A stretch of DNA of 15,022 bases from Thermoproteaceae archaeon (GTDB lineage: Archaea > Thermoproteota > Thermoprotei > Thermoproteales > Thermoproteaceae): positions 1 through 15,022 of the forward strand of contig JAJHRB010000039.1 in the NCBI GenBank assembly GCA_020833025.1. Direction: 5' to 3'. A program made the position numbers and the translations under genes. The notes beneath the pieces were generated by a model. The model made no database searches, was not told where the DNA came from, and saw only the letters and a list, made by a program, of their open reading frames with translations. Within the stretch, counting starts at the first letter, position 1. Each line of letters starts with the position of its first letter. Positions 6,877 through 13,801 of this stretch are shown in pieces.

Positions 6877-7266
6877 GTGCCCCTGCTGCTGAGGGTCAAG
6901 GCCCACGGGCTCGTCGTCACGGGGAAGAACCTACACTACGAGGGGTCCCTGACGCTCGGCAGGGACATAATGGAGGCAGCCGGGTTCTACCCGCTGGAGC
7001 GCGTCGAGGTCTATAACGTCACTAACGGCGCGAGGTTCGCGACGTACGTGATGCCCGGGAGCGACGGCGAGGTCGTGCTTAACGGCGCAGCCGCGAGAAT
7101 GGGGGAGGTGGGCGATGAGATAATAGTGGCTGCCTACGAGTGCGCGGCGGACCCGTGCGTCCACGTGGCGCGTATCGCGATCTTCAGCGGCAACAGGCTG
7201 AGAGAGGTCAGGCGCGCGTCTCTGCGCGAGCTCTCGGGCCTCTGCGCCGGGCAGTCTACTGCATAG
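6877..7266 (+). CDS. panD: Aspartate 1-decarboxylase (pyruvoyl-dependent PanD)
   Basis: 'KAH..VVT..NLHYEG|SLT' self-cleavage site, 'NGARFATY' and 'VLNGAAAR...GD.II'. TTAAAT at 6850 suggests GTG 6877 (alternative 6871). Confidence 0.9.
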   Translation: MPLLLRVKAHGLVVTGKNLHYEGSLTLGRDIMEAAGFYPLERVEVYNVTNGARFATYVMPGSDGEVVLNGAAARMGEVGDEIIVAAYECAADPCVHVARIAIFSGNRLREVRRASLRELSGLCAGQSTA

Positions 7267-7285
7267 CGTTAATTCAATATTAATA

Positions 7286-8188
7286 ATGGCCGCGGGCCCC
7301 GCCCCCGTGGAGGGCGCGTTCACGCTGCTGGGCCTGTTAGCGTTGTCGTTCGCCATAGGCGTGGTGGCAACGCTGGGAGGAGTCGGCGGCGGCGTGCTGT
7401 TCACGCCAATTATGATGGGCTTTACAAACCTGCACCCAGACCTCGTCAGGGCGGCCGGGCTGGCAGTTGCGTGCTACTCGTCCATCATGGCGGGCATCAC
7501 ATTTTTCAGACAGAGAATCGCGCCGTTCAAGTTCGTGATACTCGCGTCAGTAATACTGCTTCCGGCCGCGATAATAGGCTCCATGTTCGGGATTTACGTC
7601 GCCGCGCTGGGGAAATGGGGCATGGGGCTCATAAGGGCGCTTCTCGGCATTATGATGTTTATAGTAGTGGCGCTCATGACGGTGAAGCGGATAGACTGGC
7701 CAGAGGCCAGGCCTCCCGGCAGGCTGGCCAGAGCCTTCGGCCTCGAGTACACGTACTTCGAGAAGACCCTCAATAGAGAGGTGACGTACTGCCCGGTAAG
7801 GCTTCACATTGTGCTGGCGCTCCTGTTCCTGCTAGGCTTCTGCTCTGGCTTCTTCGGTCTCGGCGCTGCGTGGGCAATGATACCGGTGTACAACCTGGTG
7901 GCGCTGCTGCCCCTGAAGGTCACGGCGGCTACCGCCAAGTCCTCGCTCGCCTTCGCCGACGCGGGAGCGCTGTGGGTCTACATACATTCCGGGAAGGCGT
8001 GCCCGGAGATCTTCGCGACGTGCTCCCTCGCCGTGATAGTCGGCGCGTGGCTGGGGGCCAGGCTGCTGCTTATAGCAAAGGCCGCGTTCATAAGGTGGCT
8101 GATAATAGCCATAATGATATTCAACGGAATTCAGCTGGTCACGAGAGGCACGTACGAGATGGGAATGCTGCCCTTCAGGCTGTTCTAG
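7286..8188 (+). CDS. TSUP family (TauE/SafE) membrane transporter
   Basis: 'GVVATLGGVGGGVLFTP' N-terminal repeat, second repeat 'GFCSGFFGLGAA', multiple TM helices, 300 aa. Confidence 0.85.
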   Translation: MAAGPAPVEGAFTLLGLLALSFAIGVVATLGGVGGGVLFTPIMMGFTNLHPDLVRAAGLAVACYSSIMAGITFFRQRIAPFKFVILASVILLPAAIIGSMFGIYVAALGKWGMGLIRALLGIMMFIVVALMTVKRIDWPEARPPGRLARAFGLEYTYFEKTLNREVTYCPVRLHIVLALLFLLGFCSGFFGLGAAWAMIPVYNLVALLPLKVTAATAKSSLAFADAGALWVYIHSGKACPEIFATCSLAVIVGAWLGARLLLIAKAAFIRWLIIAIMIFNGIQLVTRGTYEMGMLPFRLF

Positions 8189-8190
8189 CC

Positions 8191-8556
8191 ATGCCGGCGG
8201 CAGAGAGGCGGCGGGCGTCGGAGGACATATACGCCGGGGTGGCCAGGTGGCTCATCTACATAGCGCTCGTCGCGATGGGGGTGACGCTGGCGATATACAT
8301 TGCGGCAGACCCGGACAGGGTCTTTGCCGAGCTGAGCGCGGCCATGGAGGGGAAGCTAAAGGTCTGGCACCCGAACGCGCCTCAGGATCAGTGGGCCCTC
8401 TATGCCACAATGTTCACGAACACAATAGTGATCATAGCCCTGCTCCCCGCCCTTCCGAGGCTCGCCAGAGAGAGGCCTGCCGCCGCCGGTGCGGCGCTGG
8501 CCGTGCTCGCCATACTGGTGCTGGCGGCGCTGGGGATAGTGACGGTCAAGGAATAG
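8191..8556 (+). CDS. Small membrane protein, likely partner of the TSUP transporter (DUF1634-like)
   Basis: ATG lies 2 nt after the TSUP stop. 121 aa with three hydrophobic segments. Confidence 0.65.
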   Translation: MPAAERRRASEDIYAGVARWLIYIALVAMGVTLAIYIAADPDRVFAELSAAMEGKLKVWHPNAPQDQWALYATMFTNTIVIIALLPALPRLARERPAAAGAALAVLAILVLAALGIVTVKE

Positions 8557-8626
8557 CCGCGAGAACCATCCTCATTTTTTGCTCGCGCTTAACACCCACA
8601 CATAAGGACGGTACCGAGGCCGTCGC

Positions 8627-9691
8627 GTGGGCGGGCGCGCGCTGCGCCTCCGGGCGCGCTACGTGCTTGCCGGCGGGCTAGAGGTGATCGAGAACGGCGT
8701 TGTGGAGATAGACGACCACGGGGTGGTGGTCGGGGTGGGCAAACACACCGGCGGGACTGCAGCAGATCTGGGAAACGTCGTGCTGATGCCGCAGCTGGTC
8801 AACGGGCACGTGCACGTGCTCGACGCGGCGATGGCCGACGCGGACGGCATGTACATAGACGACCTCGTCGGGTGGCCCCACGGGGTCAAGTACCACGTCG
8901 TGCGCCGCCTAGTGTCCAGGCGGGGGCACCTGCGCCTGCTCGACGCGGTGGCGCGCAGGATGAGGAGGTACGGCGCAGGCTGCGCGCTCGTCTACGCCGA
9001 GTACGCCGCGCGCGACGTGGAGGAGGCGCTAAGGCGCCACGGAATCGAGGCGGTGGTGTTCCAGGAGGCCCACGGCGGCTTTCCCGACTACCCGAACGTG
9101 CAGGTCGCCTCGCCGCTCGACCACCCGCCCGAGTACCTGAGGCAGCTGAGGGCCAGGTACGCCCTCGTCTCTACTCACGTCTCGGAAACGCCGGAGTGCC
9201 ACGAGGAGGGGGATCTCGAGCTCGCGCTGAGGGTTCTCGATGCCGACGTTCTAGTGCACCTGACGTACATAACTCCCGAGGAGGCCCTGGAGATCCCGCG
9301 CGGTAAGGTCGTCGTGGTGAACCCCAGGGCTAACGCGTATCTCGCCGGCCGCATCGCGCCCGTGCCGCTCTTGCTGCACCTCAAGCCGCTCCTGGGCACG
9401 GACAACGTCTTCGTCAACGAGCCCGACCTCTGGTCGGAGATGAAGTTCATGCACGCCTACGCGGCTGCCGCCGGCTGGAATCTGGGCGAGCGCGAGGTTC
9501 TGGCAATGGCCACGGTCTGGAACTGGGAGATGGTGAAGTGCGCGCCTCCGATCGAGCCTGGCAACAGGCTGCGCGCGCTCGCCGTGGCCGCGCCGTACGC
9601 CGGCAGCAACGTGCTGAAGTACCTAGTGAGGCGGGCCACGCACGCCGACATAGTCGCGTTCATCGAGGGCAGCGAGATAATACCCGCCTAG
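8627..9691 (+). CDS. Metal-dependent amidohydrolase (SsnA/MTA-SAH deaminase-like)
   Basis: 'MPQLVNGHVHVLD' (HxH), 'THVSET', 'LVHLT' and 'LGTDN' metal ligands. Confidence 0.85.
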   Translation: MGGRALRLRARYVLAGGLEVIENGVVEIDDHGVVVGVGKHTGGTAADLGNVVLMPQLVNGHVHVLDAAMADADGMYIDDLVGWPHGVKYHVVRRLVSRRGHLRLLDAVARRMRRYGAGCALVYAEYAARDVEEALRRHGIEAVVFQEAHGGFPDYPNVQVASPLDHPPEYLRQLRARYALVSTHVSETPECHEEGDLELALRVLDADVLVHLTYITPEEALEIPRGKVVVVNPRANAYLAGRIAPVPLLLHLKPLLGTDNVFVNEPDLWSEMKFMHAYAAAAGWNLGEREVLAMATVWNWEMVKCAPPIEPGNRLRALAVAAPYAGSNVLKYLVRRATHADIVAFIEGSEIIPA

Positions 9692-9931
9692 ACCTCTCTC
9701 AGCCTGGGGCCGCCGCCTGCGCCCGTCAGGCTCGCGCCCGCACCGCCGCCCCTCCAGCTCGCCTGCACTAACGTCGCGCGGCTCGACGAGCCGCCGAAGG
9801 TGAGCTACGTGAGGAAGCACTACCTCGCGCTGAGAGAGAAATTCGGCGAGGGAGGTGGCCGCGGCACGACAGAAGAGGAGCTGAAGCTCCTGGAGGAAGT
9901 CATCACGTCGCTAGAGAGGGAGCTTGAATAG
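9692..9931 (+). pseudogene. Gene remnant or small ORF (…KVSYVRKHYLALREKFGEGG…EEELKLLEEVITSLERELE*)
   Basis: Open frame continuing the amidohydrolase frame past its TAG. The only start is GTG 9800 (43 aa). Ends in an amphipathic/coiled-coil segment with host-like codons. Confidence 0.3.
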
Positions 9932-10049
9932 GAAATGTTATAAATCTCCTTGATTTCATTAATCCAGTGCCAGTAATACAAAGACAGGTACGGCATGTTT
10001 CTCCGTCTCCCGATTGTAGGTCTCGGCGACGCTAAGTTTGCGTTAATAG

Positions 10050-10214
10050 CTCAGGAAGTTGGTCGAAGCCGCCGAGAGGCTCGCGAGGGCCAGGAAGGTT
10101 ATCGCAGTGGAGTTCGCGTCGAAAAATGCGGCGGAGCGCCTGAGGAAGGCCGCCGAGGAGGAGGGGATCTACCTGATCCTCGGCGGGGACTACGAGCGCC
10201 TGCCCCCGGCGTAG
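10050..10214 (+). pseudogene. C-terminal remnant, resembling the tail of archaeal coiled-coil/PD-(D/E)xK-like proteins
   Basis: LRKLVEAAERLARARKVIAVEFASKNAAERLRKAAEEEGIYLILGGDYERLPPA*, with strong coding-like codon usage and an in-frame TAG just upstream. The family resemblance is inference. Confidence 0.4.
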
Positions 10215-10353
10215 TCCAAAAGAGCTGGTAAGTGCGTTATAGACGCTGTATCAAGCAGCAGAAGACTGAGGACTAAGCGCGTTGTCAATAAGACAGCAAC
10301 TCATTACTTAAGGCCCGCGCGAGCGCAGAGCTTGGCTTACCATTGCCTTCGCC

Positions 10354-10375
10354 ATCTCAACCCCTCTTGAGATTA
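10354..10375 (-). CRISPR. Degenerate CRISPR repeat copy in inverted orientation
   Basis: Minus strand TAATCTCAAGAGGGGTTGAGAT matches the repeat at 18/22 positions. Confidence 0.5.
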
Positions 10376-10513
10376 TATTATACAGTAGAGAGAGGCCGGC
10401 GCGCCGGGAGCCTCTTGCCGCTCGCGCAAACGTGCCGAGCGCAGGTAAAGGCCAGCCGCCGAAGAACGGCGCGCCGAGACGCCGGGCCTCCCGGCGCTAT
10501 TCTCGCGGCGCGC

Positions 10514-10646
10514 CGAAGAACGGCATCCCGGCGCGACCCAGCGCCGCGTTAAGTGAACGTAAAGCGGGCCGGAAGGGCGAGCGCCGGGGGCGCAGAGAAC
10601 GGGCGAGAAGCTTAAAAGTGCCGGAGGGCGCGCGACGCGAGCGGCA
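10514..10646 (+). promoter_or_regulatory. CRISPR leader (copy 2) with BRE/TATA (GAGAAG-CTTAAAA, 10605-10617)
   Basis: Homologous to 1963-2095. TATA lies ~30-35 nt before the first repeat. The GCCGAAGAACGGC motif is duplicated at 10458-10470 and 10512-10524. Confidence 0.75.
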
Positions 10647-10737
10647 GAATCTCAAGGAGGGTTGAAACAGCGGGAAGCCCAGCCTGCGGTGCGCGTCGAT
10701 GAACTTGGCGGCGCAGAATCTCAAGAAGGGTTGAAAC
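10647..10737 (+). CRISPR. CRISPR mini-array: 2 repeats, 1 spacer (44-47 nt)
   Basis: GAATCTCAAGGAGGGTTGAAAC (10647-10668) and GAATCTCAAGAAGGGTTGAAAC (10716-10737). Both are preceded by GCA, so the repeat may be 25 nt. 3' GTTGAAAC is a typical 8-nt crRNA handle. Confidence 0.8.
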
Positions 10738-10747
10738 TAGACGGGAA

Positions 10748-11173
10748 TTACCAGTACTGCGGCCTCTCGCTGCGCCTGATCACGTCGGGTGGGTCGTCAA
10801 TAAGCTTCCACCTCCCCGATCCCGGCGCTATCAGCACTATGCCGAGATCCTCGGCGAGCTTGTCGCTGATCAGCACCTCCGTCTCCGTCGCCGAGATTAT
10901 GACGTCCGCGGTCCTGGGGCCGATCTCTCTGTCCCCGGCGAGCACCCACACCTCAACCGCGTCCCTCACGAAGAAGACTCTAATGGGGCCGCCGGCAGTC
11001 CCGACCTCAATGAGACTTGCGGTGGGGGGCGGCGGGTAGAGCGAGAGCTGCCTGGCAAGCGAGGTCGGCAGGAGGAGCTGCGGCGTCTCTGCCTCGAACC
11101 CGGTGTTGACCAGAGCTGAGCTCTCGACCTCCGCGGACTTAGACCTGACCCTGAGCCTCACCCTCACCGCCAT
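10748..11173 (-). CDS. Clan AA aspartic-protease-like protein with Asn at the catalytic position
   Basis: 'SALVNTGFEAETPQLLLP', 'GTAGG' and 'EVLISD.L.E.LGI'. Confidence 0.75.
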   Translation of the reverse strand: MAVRVRLRVRSKSAEVESSALVNTGFEAETPQLLLPTSLARQLSLYPPPPTASLIEVGTAGGPIRVFFVRDAVEVWVLAGDREIGPRTADVIISATETEVLISDKLAEDLGIVLIAPGSGRWKLIDDPPDVIRRSERPQYW

Positions 11174-11273
11174 GCCCGTGCCGGAGGGGATAGACGTGGC
11201 CTATCCTCCCCCTCGTCAGCTTGTATATGTGGCCTATCCTCGCCTTCTGCTGCGCCGCCTGGCCTGTCTCCAC
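11139..11273 (-). CDS. Small 44-aa ORF with internal repeat, upstream of and overlapping the protease-like gene
   Basis: METGQAAQQKARIGHIYKLTRGRIGHVYPLRHGHGGEGEAQGQV. GTG lies 28 nt from the minus-strand TTTATA (11296-11301). Confidence 0.35.
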   Translation of the reverse strand: METGQAAQQKARIGHIYKLTRGRIGHVYPLRHGHGGEGEAQGQV

Positions 11274-11371
11274 GATTTCTGGGACAGCGCCGCGGTATAA
11301 ATCAGTGGCGCCCGCCGGGCAGGGCGCCGCCCCTCAAGAGAGCGCTTTTTAAATTCCGGCCCGCATGAGGC

Positions 11372-11752
11372 GTGGAGTTTCTAAGGGAGCGAGCCCTCCA
11401 GTTTCTCGAAATGTCGAGGGCGGCGGCCGAGAGGGGCTTCTACGAGCTCGCCCTGTTTAACGCAGAGCAGGCGCTGCAGCTTTACGTCAAGTATTTGATT
11501 TACAGAAAGGTGGGCGACTACCCCAAGACTCACTCACTCCGGGACCTCCTGGAGAGGGCGCTGGAGCTGTACGGCGGTGCATGCGGCCTGGGGGAACTCT
11601 TAAGGCGCCGCTCCACCGCGCTGACGCTGCTGGAGCACGCCTACATAACCTCTCGCTACCTGCCGTTTAGGGCCAGGCGCGAGGACTACGAGACAGCGCG
11701 CGACACGCTGGAGGAGGCCGCGAGGGCCTTCTCATGTCTCGAGAGTTTATAG
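11372..11752 (+). CDS. HEPN domain protein (COG2250-like)
   Basis: 'A.F.AEQALQLYVK', 'PKTHSL..L' and 'LE.AYI.SRY' are typical of this HEPN class. TTTTTAAA TATA lies 25 nt upstream. Confidence 0.85.
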   Translation: MEFLRERALQFLEMSRAAAERGFYELALFNAEQALQLYVKYLIYRKVGDYPKTHSLRDLLERALELYGGACGLGELLRRRSTALTLLEHAYITSRYLPFRARREDYETARDTLEEAARAFSCLESL

Positions 11753-12111
11753 AACTGCTAAAGCGGCAGCGCGCCGCCAGGGAGATAGTTGTAAAGAACC
11801 TGAATCTCTACCTCTGCAGGATACTGCAGATTGCGAGAGAGCTGGACCCCTCTGCCGAGGTGTACCTCTTCGGCTCCTTCGCTAGAGGCGCGCCGAGACC
11901 CGACAGCGATGTCGACGTGCTCGTCATTTCCGACGCCACCGGGAGAGACTTGCTCAGCGCGGCCATGGCGGTGGACAGGATTACCGCGGAGCTCGGGGTG
12001 AGTGGAGTATTTGAGATACACGTGGCGACGCGGGAGCTGTTTGAGAGGTGGTACAGGAGATTCATAGATGTAATGGTACTGGCAAGGTGCGAGGCGCCAC
12101 CAAGGGGCTAG
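11734..12111 (+). CDS. Minimal nucleotidyltransferase (MNT)
   Basis: 'VYLFGSFARG...DSDVDVLVI' and 'FEIHV'. Overlaps the HEPN gene. Confidence 0.87.
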   Translation: MSREFIELLKRQRAAREIVVKNLNLYLCRILQIARELDPSAEVYLFGSFARGAPRPDSDVDVLVISDATGRDLLSAAMAVDRITAELGVSGVFEIHVATRELFERWYRRFIDVMVLARCEAPPRG

Positions 12112-12447
12112 GGGACGGGCTCCGCTGGCGCGCCCGGAGGGCAGTTAGGGATTGAAGGCGCCAGCCCTCCCCGCCAACTCTCTTCGCCAGCTCAATTATT
12201 TCGCCGCGGCGGCGAGCAGCGCCTCCACGCATGAAAGGCCTCTCCGGCAGTGCCCCCATGCAGACCTTACTCGAGGAACTTAAGCGCGAGCCCCGCCTCC
12301 AGCACGGCCCCCTCCAGCCCCAGCCTTATGTACTGAACCACGCCGCGCCACGGGGGCGCACACGCCGGCGCCACCTGGCGGGAGTGCCGCTGCGGATTTA
12401 AGCCCTCGTGCTCAAACCTCCCGCCTGGATCGCAGATGGTGGGACTC

Positions 12448-12855
12448 TCAGGGGCCTCTCGTCGCTTCTAGGATCTTCAGTGCGAGGCCTACCAGCTTCC
12501 TGTACTCCCGTCTCGCGAGTATCTGCGAGACTCTCGACACGTCGATCGAGACATACCCGTGCACCAGCACATTCCTGAAGCCCACGATCGCGCGGTAGAG
12601 CCTGAAGTCCTCCTCCGTGAGCATGCCCCTCCTTAGGAGCGCAATGCCGGCCCCGACGTAGCTGTGGCTCGGCTCGCCGAGAAGCGCCGCGGCCCTCTGC
12701 GCCATGTCTATCAGGGCCTGCGCCTGCATCTGGAGCGCGTGGAGGAATTTCAGCAGCTGGCCGAAGTCGTCAAGGTCAAACCCCCTCGAGACCTCCTGGT
12801 CGAGGAAGTCCGCCAGCTTCGCGACGAGCTCTGCCAGCGCCTTTACTTCCGCCAT
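12448..12855 (-). CDS. HEPN toxin, HepT/DUF86-like RNase
   Basis: Rx4H motif 'GFRNVLVHGY', including the Tyr that MNT partners AMPylate in characterized HepT systems. Confidence 0.87.
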   Translation of the reverse strand: MAEVKALAELVAKLADFLDQEVSRGFDLDDFGQLLKFLHALQMQAQALIDMAQRAAALLGEPSHSYVGAGIALLRRGMLTEEDFRLYRAIVGFRNVLVHGYVSIDVSRVSQILARREYRKLVGLALKILEATRGP

Positions 12856-13268
12856 CGCGCCATTAGGGTCTCGTGCAGCTGGAGCTTCCTGGCGTCTATC
12901 TCCCAGTCCTGGCAGACGTTAAAGAGGCGGAAGACGAGGTCCCAGTCGCCGACGTGGAGGGGAATCCCCCCGAGTGCCTCCAGGACCAGGGGACAGGGCG
13001 TCTCGGGCCCCACCTCGACTAGGTCTATGTAGTCCTCGCTCATGCCGAGCCAGAGCGCGAGCTCGCCCAGAAGCTCGGAGTAAGTGTCGAGGTCAACTGC
13101 GGGTATCGCTACGTCGAGGTCTCTTGCTGGAGCCCCGCTGGCCGCGGAGCCGAACAGGAACGCGAACTTGACGTAGCGGCTCCAGGGGAACTGCTTGAGC
13201 CGCTCAAGCGACACCCTGTAGCACCTGCCCACCAGAACTTCACGCGGGCTCACGCTAACCCTAATCAT
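12843..13268 (-). CDS. Minimal nucleotidyltransferase (MntA-like antitoxin)
   Basis: 'FAFLFGSAASGAPARDLDVAI' and 'IDLVEV'. Overlaps the HEPN start. ATG 13268 preferred, with TATAAA on the minus strand at 13296-13301. Confidence 0.83.
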   Translation of the reverse strand: MIRVSVSPREVLVGRCYRVSLERLKQFPWSRYVKFAFLFGSAASGAPARDLDVAIPAVDLDTYSELLGELALWLGMSEDYIDLVEVGPETPCPLVLEALGGIPLHVGDWDLVFRLFNVCQDWEIDARKLQLHETLMARWRK

Positions 13269-13801
13269 GGACGCGAGTGCGCCCCCGCGATTGTCTTTAT
13301 ATCTGTTGCCCGTGCTCCCGTACGCCGTTTGCACCTCCCCGCCAGAACTATAGATGCTGCCACAGCCGCGTGTTGCATGGACGCGCTCCTGACGCAGATT
13401 CAGAGGGGGGAACCTGGCTGGGCCAGAAGCCGCAGCGCGCGTCAGTCTCGCTATTGTGGACCTCGCCTCTCCCCACGCCCGCCACGCCAGGGCGGGAGCG
13501 CGCGTCAGGGCAAACCAGAGCGCGTCATGGAATCCCTGGAGTAGGGGTTCCTCCCAGGAGGTCTGCGGGCAGGGGACAGCACGAGACCGCCGCCTGTGCT
13601 CGACGCTCAGCCGAGGCTCAATAACGATGAGGGACCTAGGCCGTGGCGCACTCGTTGACGCGGCAAGGCGCGAGGTTCGCGGAGGAAGCTCGGCAAGTGA
13701 GCGGGGGCTCCAGCCCCTGAGCGCGGCGGGGAGCTGAAAGGGGGTGCCGCGCGCCCTTTCATGTCGGCGCGGGCTTTTTAAAATGCTTGTGATACCGGGT
13801 T

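Noticed and set aside
9704-9717. 14-nt identity (CTGGGGCCGCCGCC) with the tRNA-His 3' end at 1578-1591, a possible att site
   Set aside because: It lies upstream rather than downstream of the minus-strand tRNA, the enclosed DNA is housekeeping, no integrase is present, and 13/14 GC makes a chance match plausible.
10281-10313. Further degenerate minus-strand repeat one period beyond 10354
   Set aside because: Needs gaps and many mismatches; not distinguishable from chance.
12062-12259. 65-aa minus-strand ORF with a TATA-like CTTAAG upstream
   Set aside because: No recognizable family and it overlaps the MNT 3' end; at most a truncated remnant.
13269-13800. Long stop-free frame upstream of and in frame with the minus-strand MNT
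   Set aside because: Stops are rare in GC-rich DNA, the translation is mostly Arg/Pro/Ala-rich, and a TATA box near 13300 supports the short start.
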